DNA of 64,000 bases from Lama glama (lineage: Eukaryota), in NCBI GenBank assembly GCA_028534125.1, contig CM052818.1, forward strand, positions 35,280,001-35,344,000, given 5' to 3'. The translations under genes and the position numbers were made by a program. The notes below the pieces were generated by a model. It had not been told where the DNA came from. It saw only the letters and a program-made list of their open reading frames with translations, and searched no databases. Positions 1-12,455 of the stretch are shown in pieces (within the stretch, counting starts at the first letter, position 1; each line of letters opens with the position of its first letter).

Positions 1-329
1 TTGGTGTCACACTAGGAAGGATGAGAAAGCAAAAGCTGCTGACTCAGGTAAAGTGGAACTCTAAGCTAGTGGCATAAGATACACTGTTTTCTTTCCTTGT
101 GCTCAGGCACAAGTGACTGTTTTATATCTAGAAAAGCAAAAAGCTGTCATACTTTAGTCTAACTATTGCTGAAACTGGGATGCTTGAAGTGCTTCCATAT
201 GCTGGAGGGATCTGAAAAAAATCCTAGATTTACATAGCCAAAGGGCTGAATCCAGCAGTGTCACATGAGGCAGTAAAAAGCAGGAATTTAATCGTAAGTC
301 CAAGGAAGGTCTAAATCCTGAGAAATCAG

Positions 330-650
330 AATGTATTTAATCTCAAAAGCAGCTTCTATATCACTGAAAAAAAAAAAGGGACTATTTAATAAGTGTGCTG
401 GATCAATTAATTGGTCATGCATAAGGACAAAACAGATTGGCTCTCTTCCTCAGGCTATATGCAGAAAACACCAGCAGATGGATTAAACATGGAGACAAAA
501 ATGTTAAAACTCCTAGAAGAAAACACAGGAGAATTTCTTTAGGATTTTGGAATAGAAAATAATTTCTCAGAATTACTAGCCATGAAAGAAATTGTTGAAT
601 TCACTTATATTAATAGTACAAACCTTTGTTTATCATAAGACATGTAAAGG
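330..650 (+). mobile_element. Old L1 ORF2 fragment
   Basis: L1-like motifs ctatttaataagtgtgctgg, agatggattaaa and aaaactcctagaagaaaacacaggagaa. Boundaries approximate. Confidence 0.65.
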
Positions 651-799
651 GCAAGATTCATTTGTAGGTTCTGACATCCTTCTGGTTTTGATCAGTATAT
701 ATGAATCCTGAAACTGCCAATACCCAGCTAGTGTAATAAAGCAAAAAAGAGAGTTTCATCCTTAGGGCTAGTGGTTATGAATCCTGGCCACCAAGATTA

Positions 800-1250
800 T
801 CTTTTCTCCTTTATTATGATTTTTAATGATATGTTTGTTATAATAATGATGTAAGGGACAAATGAGTCAGATCTGAAGCATAATGATGAAGTGAACACCC
901 AGGAACCCACATCCTACTTGAGACCTCATATATTGCTTAAACCATGTCATCTGCATATCTGCCCCCCTTATCCCACTTCTTTGCTTCCGACTTCTCCCCA
1001 AAGCTAACCTCCATCCAGAATTTGGTTTATCATTCCCTTGCTTTTTAAACAAGATTGTCAAATGTAGGTGTATGCCCACAAAATACAGTGTCTAGTTTTG
1101 CTTTTTGTTTTTTGAGCTTTATAAAAATGGTATTGTATGCCATCTTCTGGGACTTTTTCCCCCTTAATATTACTCTTTAGGGTCCTTCCGTGTTGTTGCA
1201 TGTAGCTGTAGTTCATTCATTTTTGGCCACATATTATAATTATTTGACCA
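800..1250 (-). mobile_element. Old L1 (L1ME-like) 3' fragment
   Basis: Antisense L1 3' motifs such as ttttataaaaatggtatt and ccgtgttgttgcatgtagctgtagttcattcatttt. Boundaries approximate. Confidence 0.6.
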
Positions 1251-2272
1251 CTCACAGCACGGAGAAAGAGTACTGCATTCAGTCTTGGAAGTTCAGAAAG
1301 GCTTTTTAGAAAATTGAATGAGTCAACTTCTCCTTATTGAGTTTATGCCTATGCTGGAAATTTAGGGAGCATGAAGACCAGAAGACAATGATTCTACCTT
1401 AAAAATGTATAATCTAGCTTTAGAAACAAAATGTAAAATAATTTGATAATCAGTTAAGTAATATTTTGCAGTGTTAATAAATAGTATGGATATTAAAAGA
1501 AATTTGAGTAGGGAAAGATATATGTATATAAACACATACATAGGCCAGAAGCAGTTAAACCCATGGAGGTAGTAGAATTTGGGCTAGACCATGAAAAGGT
1601 AGGTATGGTTTGAATGGAATGTGGGACAGACCATTTCAGATTAGAAGTGGAGCTGGAGTTTGGCAATATCCCCCAAATAAGTAAGATATTTCAGAGAGGG
1701 GAACAAGTCTTGATGCTAAGAAATTGTTTCAATCATCCAGTGAATTAATCTTTACAGTGCCAATGACAGGAGATTAAATTAGTTAGATAATTGAAACCAG
1801 ATTCTGGAGAGCCTTAAGTGATACATCATTGGAAATCCTTGGAGGGCTTCAAATAATGGTTTTGTTAAGTTCACTAGATGTTAATTGAGTCCACACTGGA
1901 TGCATGATATTCTCTTAATCATTTAATAACTGCAAAGATGAGTAAGGCTCATCCCCTCACCTCAAGGATTTTGTGTCATGGTAGGAATGACAGCAGTACA
2001 AGGTAAAATAAATTAAGTGCCAAAGAGAAGCACCAATTTCTGTAATTAAGCAGGATCTGATACCTGCTGAAGGAGTCAGGAGTAGCTTCCTGGAAAGAGT
2101 GACGTTTGGGATGGACACTAAGAAGTGAATAACCTTTGGAAGAGAGTCCGGGAGTAGCTTTGAGTCGTAAAACGGGGTCTACTTAGGGGAAAATGAACCA
2201 CGGCCAGAGGTCCAGACATGGAATGGAATAGGAAGTGAGGAACTAAGGATTAGAATGTAGGGGGGTCTGGAG

Positions 2273-2586
2273 CGGCACTCTCTGGTAGAAATGTCATGTG
2301 AGCCATATGTATACTAAAAATTTTCTAACAACCATGTTGAAAAACTAAAAGGAGATAGGTGTCATTAATATTAACACTATCTTTTATATAACCTGTCATA
2401 TCCAAAATATTATCATTTCAACGTTTAATCATTAAAAACATTGAACAATTATCGAGCTGTTTTACTTTCTTTTTATTCACACTAAGTTTTTAAGATCCAG
2501 TGTGTATGTTACACTCACAACACATCTCAGTTCAGACATGTGCCCAGTAGTCATTTGTGGCTAGTGGCTACACAGTGGACAACAGA
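2273..2586. mobile_element. hAT-Charlie non-autonomous element (MER33-like)
   Basis: Characteristic internal text (tatccaaaatattatcatttcaac, gtggctagtggctac...tggac). Flanked by gtctggag and gtctagat, a degenerate NTCTAGAN target. Confidence 0.7.
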
Positions 2587-2689
2587 GTCTAGATTGTGCA
2601 GGACGAGCCGGTGTTGCTAGAAATTCTGCTATTGAGATTATTGCATGGGATGATGAAATGAACACAGCTTTCCTTTGAGCAGCATTGTA

Positions 2690-2880
2690 AAGTTCACAGA
2701 ACACTTTCATATCCATTCTCTTATTTGATCCTCAAAATATTGCTTTTACTTGTTATTAGTCTTATTTTAGAGAAGAAAAAATTGATGCTCAGACAGATGG
2801 AGTGACTTGTCCAAGGTTGCATATTGAGTAAAATGGTGGGCCTCAATCTCTTGATTTATAGTCTCCTGCTTCTTTCTGCC
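2690..2880 (-). mobile_element. MIR SINE
   Basis: MIR core-like cttattttagagaagaaaaaattgatgctcaga...gtgacttgtccaaggt. Confidence 0.6.
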
Positions 2881-3419
2881 CATAAGAGATGAAATCGGGA
2901 TTAATGAAGCTAGGAGGCCATTGCTTGTGTGAGGTAAGGAACACTTGAATCAAGCCCAAGAAGCAGAAATAGAAAGATATGTGAATGTCCAAGAATTGCC
3001 TGAACTGGGTGATTGGTTGAATATAGGAAATAAACAGGGAAGTATCAGAGGACTGAGTTTTCCAGCCATGACAACTATAAGAAAAAGTAGGAGAGACAGG
3101 GAAACTGAGAAAGAGAACCAGGTGGAAAGGAATGTCTTAAGTTTGGTTTTGGACAGATTGAATTAGAATTGATGACATGAAATCTGTCCTCAGAGAAACT
3201 GAATTCTCTCAGACACAGTCATCCAGATGTCTGTCACACTTTTTGATCCTGATGTATGGTTCTGGAAGCACAGACTCCTGAACCCTGTTTCCCCTGAGCT
3301 GTTTTTATACATTTCTTCCACTATTAATTTAAATTGGGGCTAGTTTTATGTATAAATGAACTATTTGACTTTCTAAAGAATTTTTTAAGTCACTTTAGTA
3401 GTATTAACAGTACTTTTTC

Positions 3420-3965
3420 CAGGACCATCCATGTTGCTGCAAATGGCGTTATGTTGTTTTTATGGCTGAGTAGTATTCCATTGTATAAATATACCACATC
3501 TTCTTTATCCAGTCATCTGTTGATGGACATTTAGGCTGTCTCCATGCCTTGGCTATTGTAAATAGTGCTGCTATGTCATTCTAAGTGAAGTAAGCCAGAA
3601 AGGGAAAAAAAAAAAAGATCGCTCATATGTGGAATCTAAAAAAAAACAAAAACAAAAACAAACAAACAAACAAAGCATAAATACAAAACAGAAACAGACT
3701 CATAGACATAGAATACAAACTTGTGGTTGCCAAGGGGGCAGAGGGTGGGAAGGGATAGACGGGATTTCAGAATTGTAGAATAGATAAACAAGATTATACT
3801 GTATAGCACAGGGAAATATACACAAGATCTTATGGTAGGTCACAGAGAAAAAAATGTGACAATGAATATATATATTTTCATGTATAACTGAAAAATTGTG
3901 CTCTACACTGGAATTTGACACAACATTGTAAAATGATTATATATCAATAAAAAAAGTTAAAAAAA
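3420..3965 (+). mobile_element. 5'-truncated, 5'-inverted L1 insertion with target-site duplication
   Basis: 3420-3574 is the antisense end of L1 ORF2 and 3575-3965 is sense 3' UTR with AATAAA and an A tail. TSD aacagtactttttc (3406-3419) and aacaatactttttc (3966-3979). Confidence 0.88.
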
Positions 3966-4300
3966 AACAATACTTTTTCTCTGTATGGCAGTGTATGCTT
4001 TCCAAAGCATTTTTACATACTAGTCTCACAAAGTAAAGGAAAGTGAGCAAAAATCACCCTTTTATGCACCCTGTATCGGAGCTTAAATGACTTGCTCAGC
4101 ATCTCCTACACTGGTCCATAGCAGAATCAGATGTGAAACCCATTTCCCTCGGCCTTCAACTGCTCTTCTTTGAGGATCCCTTTGTCTTCATTTCTTTCTT
4201 CTTTTGTAATATTCAATAGGCACATTGCAAACAGCTTTTTAATGTTTTTAATTTACAGTATCTTTCTGTGGTCTAACTATTCTTCCATTTCTTCATTTCT

Positions 4301-4402
4301 TTCTTTCTTTCTTTTTTTTTTAATGGATACTGGGCATTGAACCCAGGACCTCATGCATGCAAAGCATGCGCTCTGCCACTGAGCTCTACCCCCACTCCCC
4401 GA
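4301..4402 (-). mobile_element. tRNA-Ala-derived SINE (camelid vic-1-like)
   Basis: Reverse complement reads GGGGTAGAGCTCAGTGGCAGAGCGCATGCTTTGCATGCATGAGGTCCTGGGTTCAATGCCCAGTATCC followed by an A/(GAAA)n tail, with A and B boxes. The 16-bp TSD (4285-4300 and 4403-4418) matches at 14 of 16 positions. Confidence 0.88.
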
Positions 4403-4441
4403 CCATCTCTTCGTTTCTGATGGGCTTCTCCTCTCTGATAG

Positions 4442-4538
4442 GCAGAGGAAAGATGAACTGGAGCAGAGGATGTCGGCGCTGCAGGAGAGCAGGCGGGAGC
4501 TGATGGTCCAGCTGGAAGGGCTGATGAAGCTGCTGAAG
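4442..4538 (+). CDS. DTNB: DTNB coding exon, 97 nt (second coiled-coil helix, dystrophin/utrophin-binding region)
   Basis: Acceptor ctctctgatag| and donor AAG|gtaaga. Reads (R)[32 protein letters not shown]; phase 2 in, phase 0 out. Confidence 0.96.
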
Positions 4539-7500
4539 GTAAGAACAGCGGCTACTCAGGTCTCATCCTCCCACCACTCAGCTCCTCTTGTCCATCTTCA
4601 CCCCTAGCTCAGTGTCTGCCTCCCCTGTGATGTCAGAACAAGATGAGGCTAAAGGGTTAAATAAATATTGTTGCCGAGACTCAACTTTCAGGTAAACCTC
4701 CATGAAGTTAGCCTAATTTACTATAAAGTTCATCTAAATTAGTGTAAAGCCTGATTACAAAAAAAAAAAAATTAGTAACTGGTACTAGAGTAATGTCCTT
4801 GAATAGTTGCTTTTATGAGCAAATAAGAATGTTTATAAATAGGATATGAGCTAAGTATAAATGAATATTTCTCAACTGTGTAAAGCTTCTTTTAAGGCAA
4901 GCTTTCAAATATTCTACCTAAATACTTAAATACTGTGTCCTATTTTAATAAGTATTACAGAGGCATACCAACCTAATCTAACCAACTCTGATCAATAATT
5001 TTACTCTATTCGGAGGAATAAGATAGCATATAACTCTAGGTTTGGTGTATTGGGGCTTGAATAAATCTGGAATAATTCAGGTCTCACTATTTTTATTGAA
5101 AAATATATTACAACCCTTATACCCTAGAGCAGAGAAAGGCATGTTTGACATTTAAATGTCCTCACCTGGACAATTTGACTGGCACTGAACAGAAATATTT
5201 ACCCAACTCGGAAGCAGGAATACCAGGACACATGTGTTCATGCTGTTCATCCCTAAGGTCTGTCTGTACTGTGAACTCACTGTATTTCATGGTATGACCC
5301 AGAGTTAGAAGCCAGAGTGGAAATCACACAGTGCGGACTATGGGCTGAGGGAGTGGATTTAATCCTGTGATGAAGTAGAGTCATTAAAGGTTTTGAAGGC
5401 AGTAGTTTAGGAAGATATGCACAAAGGTTAGGAAGAGGAGAAACTAAAGAATAGTAGGAGCAATGAGCTCATCCAGGCCCACAGTGACAAGGATCTAGAC
5501 GAGGAGGGGTAGGCCTGGTGCATGTCAGCTTGAAGACTTTCCTTCAACTCCTCCATTCTAAACCGGTCCGTTAATAATGAAGCCAGTGGGTATTAGCAAC
5601 TTTGGGTAAATGGAGTGTTTGTGTTTTAAGCTGACTTTTGACTCGCTCAAAACAATCACTTCTTTTAGTCTTGAGCTGAGTTTTTTCTAGCTTTGGTCCT
5701 GGGTATTTGAGTTGTTTTGCATGGACCTGTTTCTGCATTAAGCCTGTTAGCAGGATTTCTCCTGAGAAATATTTTATGTCTAAATGAGTCTTGTTTAAAG
5801 AAAACCTTATGCCTAAAACCTGACCCAAATCCCTCTAATAGCTGTCAAGTATTCAGCTAAGCAACCCAATCACCCACTCGAGAGAACAGAAATATGCTTA
5901 AGTACATTTGGCCTGTGTAACATCTGGAGCCTCGTACGGTTTTGAAAGCCCTGCCATTGTGGGGTTAAGTCCACTTGTAGGACAGAAGGTCATAGGGGAT
6001 TCACCTCCTTTTCAGAAAGATGCTCTCAAATGTTACTTAAACAGAGATGGGAAGGTACCCCAGGGTGATTTTTGTAAAGGCAAAGGTTTATGCAAACTGA
6101 AGGGAAGTCAGAATGCATTTCCCCGAAGTATTACAGTAAGCTTTCCCGTCAGCTGGCTGCCCTCAGTGTTCCTTGGAGTTCCTGGCTCAGCCCCGTGTGC
6201 ATTACCATGACCTTGTCGTGTACCTCTGATACTCATATTCAAGGGCTAAGCCGAGTGAGCTGATGCCTGGAACTCTAATCCCCACCCTGAGTGTCTTTAT
6301 ATTTCCAGCTGTTGTCTTACAGTTACAATTTCAGTAAAATAAGCAAGACCCCTCTGCTCTTATTTTGTAAGATCCCCAACCAAGTTGTTAAATGCATTAT
6401 CATTCACCTACGCAACAGGCTGAGGTTATTCAGAAAGGGAAGACAGTTTTGCAAACAAACCAGGAATGCTGTCTTGTTATCCATTGATTAAAATTCACAG
6501 TTGAAAATCACAGACCTTTAGTGTCCTAAAAGGATTATAGCATAATCTTAATTTGTGTATTATATGCACTCTGCGAAGGTCATCATAGGAATCACTGACT
6601 TCTATTAAAATCTCAGAGTTGTTTTCCTACTATTAAAAGATACATTCCCCAGTCCATAATAAAAGTACCCTTTAGAATCCTAATTTTAATTTCAAAGGAC
6701 TGTCCTGCTTTCATTGATGTTCAGTCTGCTAGCATTTAATTCTCTCATAAAACAGCTGTAAGCAGTTAGTCAAATGGACAGTCGAGCCACATGGTCTTGG
6801 GTACTCGTGAATTAAAATACACCACGCAGTAAATTTCCATTTCACAGGGAGTCCTTTCATTTTACTGCTTCATTGAAATACTGTGTAGTTTGTCTATTTA
6901 TCTGAAAATCGATAATGTAGAGAACTGTACGTATGGAGTGTCACCATTGTTTATTAATTCATTCAACAAAAATCTTAGATCTTTTTTGGGGAACAAGGCA
7001 AGGTAAAAATTAACCATACGTTTATTTAACCAGAAAAGTATTGAGTTCCTGAGAGTCATGTTTAGGTACAATGGTGACTAAGACTTAATCCCTGTCACCA
7101 AGAAGTATCAGGGACCTTCTTATTGTTGGTTTTTTTCCCTAATGACATATTACCTGACACTCAGGTATCCATGTTTCAGAACGTATCTTTTCTTTACATT
7201 TTTTCCTTTGATTAATGAGTATTTGGATAATGTCTACCTCAAACTTCTTATTTAGTCTAGAAATAGTTATGTGTTGGTGTTTTAGTGTCTAAATCCTGTT
7301 CCCAATATTTTTCTGCCTCATTTTCTGTTTGTCCATTATTGCTTTTGAGATGCATTTACCAGATGAATTCTGTAGTTTTGAATTTTAACCTCATTTGCAA
7401 ATGAGATTTTGAACATAACATGTCTTTATATAGATGACGACAGTGGCTGTGGCATTTCTTCAGCCACCTAGCCGAATATTCCCCCTGTGGGTGGGGCTCA

Positions 7501-9216
7501 CATGTTTTTAGGTGACTTGAGCAGTCCTAGGTTTGCCCTTCATAATTAAGGTATTATTACCCCCTTTAAATCAAGTGGGCTCCTATGCCTTGTCATCAGT
7601 CAATGTTTACTGACCCCAGCTGACTAATTGATAATGCAAAGGTTCTAAGGCCTTTATATCTGACCTGTTTACTGTGTTGACAGAGCCTTCAAAGCTTTAT
7701 CTGATTAACTTTTGTGAGTTTGGATTATACAACACCATCCTAAGTAACACTTTGCCAAAGTCCACCCTCTCCTAATCCCGGTGCACATGGGGGACCTCTA
7801 CATCCTGAAAACACTGCCCTGTCCGCTCTCCCCATCCTAACCAGACACGTGTTTACTGCACATTATAACGATTTCATGTCCTCAGATAAACTGTATACAG
7901 TAGAGTTCAAATGTTCAAACATGAAACATTGCTTTCTGAGTTTCCCTCTTCTGTTGAACCAAAGCGGTGTTGTCTCTAATACCAAACCTGGAGAAAACAG
8001 TGAAAGCAGGGAGATGTCTTAGAAACAGTTCTAAGAAATTACATCCTGCTCTTTGGATCGCAGATGCAATTCCAGCTGGTCAGGATTGCCCTGTCCCTCC
8101 CCCACCATCTCAATTTCCATTTCAACATTTAGCGCCAGCAATAAAAACACATTTTCAATTGTTTAATAACTCTTCTATGGCTGTTTGCCTAGTGAATGGA
8201 AGAAAAGTGTTCTACCCCACAGGGAAGCCTGGCCAGGGAGGACGATCGCTTCCCACCTGTGAAACTCTCACCCCTTCTGACTGGAGCCGTGCGTACCAGA
8301 CGCAGAAGCTACAAGATGCTAACTTCTTAAGCTAACTCAGCTAGTGCTCGGGGCCCTCTTTGCCTGGGTGCCTGTGATTTTAGGCTTGGGCAAGCGTCTA
8401 GCAGCTGGCTTTGATTATGAAAAACATCTTCTGGTGCTGAGTTGGAGTCTCCTCAAGAGATTTCTTGGTGCCCATTTAATTTCTAGTGCATGTCTCCCTT
8501 GCAGGGATAAAATTACTTTCTCCAAATTTTGACTTCCCTGCTCCCTTTTGTAATTCCTTGGCTTTACTGAAGTGATTCTCGCCATTGCACCCAGATCTGC
8601 AGACTGAGAAGCACTTACCCAATCCTAAGACTTCCTACACACATGTTCAGTAGAGATGGTCTGCACGGATGGATCCAATTTAAATAGAATCATTGCAACA
8701 GCTTTTAGATTTATGTATTCAGGGCAAAGAGCAGAGGCTTCTGGCCACAGTTACTCATGATGAGGCACAGAAAAAGGAAGCGAAGAGACCCATTAAAAGA
8801 CAGAGTAGCTGAGGAGAACAGGACTGAGGAGAGAAGAACTCGGAAGTGTTTGTTTCATCTTCATTGTGCTTCATGCTTCAGTCTAGAGGTGCCTTCTGAG
8901 AACTGAGAGTTAGCAAGGACCTGCTCTGAGCACCGTCACTGTGAGACTCTAAAAGACAGAGACCATATCTTACCTTCGTGTAAGAAGCACTAAACAAACC
9001 TGTGTGGAAGTAACGAGGCACTGAAGTCGAGAATTCTCTTTGAAAAGCCATTTAGAGTCTTGGAGCAGTTTGCAGTTTACTGGGGGAAGGGGACGCATGT
9101 GCATCCTTGCAAAGAACCACAAAGCAGCCCAAAAGCTCCAAAAGTAGAAGACAGGGAACTAAATAAGAGAGTCTATGTTCAGGTGGAGTTGTCGGTTTCT
9201 AGCAAGTTCTTAAAAG

Positions 9217-9402
9217 CAGTGGTTCTCAAATGAGCAGGATTCAGAATAAGCTGAAAGGCTCAGGAAACAGTGCTACCCACACCCGGAGGGTTTTGATTTC
9301 GTAGGTGGCGAGAGGTGGGGGGTGGGCAGAATTTGCATCTTAGGCAGTATTCCAGGTACTGCTGCTGCTGCTGGTCTGTGTTCCCCACTTTGAGAACCAC
9401 TG
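9217..9402. mobile_element. MER5A-like hAT-Charlie MITE
   Basis: Perfect 14-bp terminal inverted repeats CAGTGGTTCTCAAA ... TTTGAGAACCACTG; 186 bp long. Confidence 0.88.
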
Positions 9403-9479
9403 GCCTAGAGAGCTGTACCTAAACACACGTGGATATGTGAATGGTCAGACAGAACCATCGGTGGGCCTTTGAGTCATGG

Positions 9480-9620
9480 TTGAGCTGCTGCTTTCAGTTT
9501 ACCCTAAATAGGGATGTGACCTGGGGCGAGTCAGGGCTGCCTAGGCCTTTTTCATGTATAAAAGGGGAAGTTGGACAAGATGGTTTATAACATTCTTTCC
9601 TTCTGACTCTAGAAGTTCGC
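9480..9620 (+). mobile_element. MIR fragment
   Basis: tgtgacctggggcgagtca...ttttcatgtataaaagggga...ttggacaagatg...ttcc. Confidence 0.5.
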
Positions 9621-9825
9621 GTTTAATGAACTGGATGGGGCAGAGGCCTGCCGTTTGCTCGATCCAGTTGATGGTGCTCAGATGATGGTCGGAGTCTTGG
9701 ATCTCTGAACCCCTGGGCCTGGCCTGGTTTGCCCCATTCTATCATTTTTTTCCAAATGTTTGTGGTGATGGGCATTAATCTCTTTCCTTTTTCCCTCTGC
9801 CTTTTTTCGTCTTCAACACCTGTAG

Positions 9826-9846
9826 GAGGAAGAGCAAAAGCAGGCA
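9826..9846 (+). CDS. DTNB: DTNB 21-nt microexon encoding EEEQKQA (symmetric, phase 0)
   Basis: Pyrimidine tract 9779-9814, acceptor cctgtag|, exon GAGGAAGAGCAAAAGCAGGCA, donor |gtaagt. The peptide matches the recalled DTNB sequence LLKEEEQKQAAQAT. Confidence 0.93.
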
Positions 9847-10889
9847 GTAAGTGAACGTCACAATTCTCCTCCTGACTCTGCTCCCTTTGCATGCTCTTCT
9901 TTTCCTCATGTAACTGTCACATACTTCCTCCTCCCCTCGCCGCACCAAGACGCTCTCTGCGGAATCGGTTGTGTGTAAAACCCTCAGCAGTTCTCTCCAT
10001 GGTGTTGTAAAATGTCCTACAAGGCCATGTCATGTTTACCTAGTCGAGCATGTTCTTATTTGAAACCAGAGCTTGTTGAATTTGTTTTCAGAGAACACAT
10101 CCCTTGTGTTTATTTAAATATGCATGATTAGCCGGGCGACAATTGCATTTTCCTGCGCTTACCTTCTCTGCTGCTTTGTGTTTAGAGTGACTTTCATTGC
10201 TTGAAACAATTTTCAGGGTGGTGGGGGTGACCTCAGGGCTGAATACTATGTCGCAAATGACTATGCATGAAGATGAGTAGTTCTTTTGACAACTTTAATA
10301 TCCTTTAGTCTCCAACAGGCTTCTGGGTGCTCCAGCTCCAGTAGCCTTCTTACCAAAGTTACCAATGAAAACTGAGTGACTGATTATGCTGTAAGTGACT
10401 TCCTGTTCAGAGCCAACTCCAAAGGGAGCTCTGGTTTTTCCAAGCTGCATGGTGTTTAGGGAAGGTTTATGTTTGTTTGTGTTTTCCCTGATAGCCACTA
10501 ACCCACACAGGAAAATCAGTTGAGGGCCTATCCACACTAGTAACACCATATGTTTATATAACATAGTAAGATTTTCAAAGCATACCCTTTTTACACAAAC
10601 TAAAGCTGATTTTTAAGTTACCTCAGGGCTTTTTTGTAAAAGAGAGAAATATGAAATGTGTAATCCAAAAAATGTACTCATTTCTTATTCAAAAAGCAAA
10701 TGTATGCATGTTTTAGATTAAGAAGAGGAATAGAAAACATTCTTCTTACTATTATTTCCAGTTAGGAGAGCAATGGAATCAAAGGGTAAAGGAGGGAGGA
10801 AAGGAAGGAGAAGGATAGGTAATGAGAGGAAGAGGCAGGAAAAGAGTGAGGGAGAGAGACTGTCAGAAAGAGGGAGAGAAGACAGAGTA

Positions 10890-11240
10890 TGGTGTCAGGA
10901 AAGGCCACCAACCCATCAATCTCGATGGCTTTAATGCAACAAAAATGTGTGTTTTTGTCTTTGCTTTATTTGGCTTTGCTTCCTCATTCACACATAATTT
11001 ATTACTTTGATCTTATGGCATTTTTGTATCAATAGGTACATTCACATGGGCAGAGCAGGGGAAGACCAGGATGGAAAGTCAAGCCCAGCCATTAAATGCT
11101 TCTACCAGGAAGTGACACACATCACTTCTGCTCCATTTCGTTGGCCAAAGCAGGTCACATGACCCCACTTAACTTCAAGGGGGAGGGGAAGTATAATCCT
11201 CCAGTTTGCTTGGAAGAAGTAGAGAAGCAGATGCTGGTAG
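10890..11240 (-). mobile_element. Old MaLR LTR fragment (MLT1J-like)
   Basis: gtgacacacatcacttctgctccatttcgttggccaaagcaggtcacatgacc...aacttcaagggggaggggaagtataatcct is typical of antisense MLT1. Confidence 0.55.
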
Positions 11241-12377
11241 TGCCCACCACAGTGGGAGGCTGAGTGAGGTTGTGTTGGAGGGAAGGAGAGAAAACTTCTG
11301 TTCTTCCTGCTCCCTTCTCCCACTTCTTTCCTGACGGTCTCGTCCACTTGCCATTGTTCATACCCCTCCTGCAGATCAGGGCATCCTCACCTGTCATTGC
11401 TGGCACCGATGTCCTCCTCTTTTTCTTCACCCCTCTACATCCCAGAGATGTGCTTTACAGCTAAAACCACTTTCTGGGAACTTCCTCTAGCAGTCCACCC
11501 AGACTCGCATCTCCTGATCCCTCTCTGAATGTGCCAGCTCAGAGCAAGGAATGTAATCGGGAACAGCCCACTCCTTCCCCAAGAACTCCTTTCAGAACAG
11601 GGCAGACATTACGGATATTTATTTTAATGCCAGCAGTAGCATTCCCAATAGACACTTCATTTTTTTTAATTTTGTGGGTTCCTGTGTAATCCAAGAACCA
11701 GAAATGATCACTGCTGGCATATTATTTCTCATGTCAGTTTAAAGCTGATCTTGAGCAGACAGGAAATTAAATAACAAGGTTCCCGCCAGTGACCTTTGAT
11801 TGTGTGTGAGACCATCCTTACAAAATGAGAAGCTGGACTCAGGGCTCTGAAGCCGGCCACTGTCAAGCCACTCATGTGCGTGTATTAGGAGTTCTCTGGC
11901 TGAGGATCTAAGCTGATGTTCTAGTCCTCACTGTCCCAGGGGACTGTCTGTAGCATGAATCAGTACAGTTTTTTCCTCATCTTTCCTCACTATGGTGTGA
12001 GGTTAGACATTCTGCTCTGTGGATATAGGTAGAAATTTCCTCTCTCCACGTCACAGGTTGAAACTGGAGCCGCCTATGGCTCAGCAGTGAGGCTCAGATT
12101 TAAACCTAATGGCTTTCCATAGCTCAACAGCATTTTTAGCACGTACTTCTAGGACTATAAAGCTTTAGAACTGGAACTTCTGTTTTAATCTATATCATTA
12201 CTGAGTGAGGCACCAAAAGGTATTTAACACAGAGCTAAGTTGTAACCCTTTCTTCTCCCCGACAGCTTCTGGCTGGTATAGTTTAATTTCTTCCCTATCA
12301 AAATGTATTACCCTATATGGGTCATAAAATAATCGTTAAAGAGTTTTTTGTTGTTGTTGTTGTTTATCTCTATTGGC

Positions 12378-12455
12378 TTTTTTTTTTTTTGAGTTACAGA
12401 CCGTTTACAATGTTGTGTCAATTTCTGGTGTACAACACAATTTTTCAGTCATAAT
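12378..12455 (-). mobile_element. Very short L1 3'-end fragment
   Basis: Poly-T then tttacaatgttgtgtcaatttctggtgtacaacacaatttttcagtcata. This is the reverse complement of the L1 termini at about 3880-3935 and 24025-24075. Confidence 0.7.

Noticed and set aside
4325..4395. tRNA-Ala(TGC)-like sequence as a real tRNA gene
   Set aside because: It has an A-rich tail, a 16-bp TSD and a degenerate acceptor stem, so it is a retroposed SINE.
4442..4538. Assignment of the gene to DTNA because of LEGLMKLLK
   Set aside because: Downstream exons ([41 protein letters not shown]) are of the beta-dystrobrevin type.
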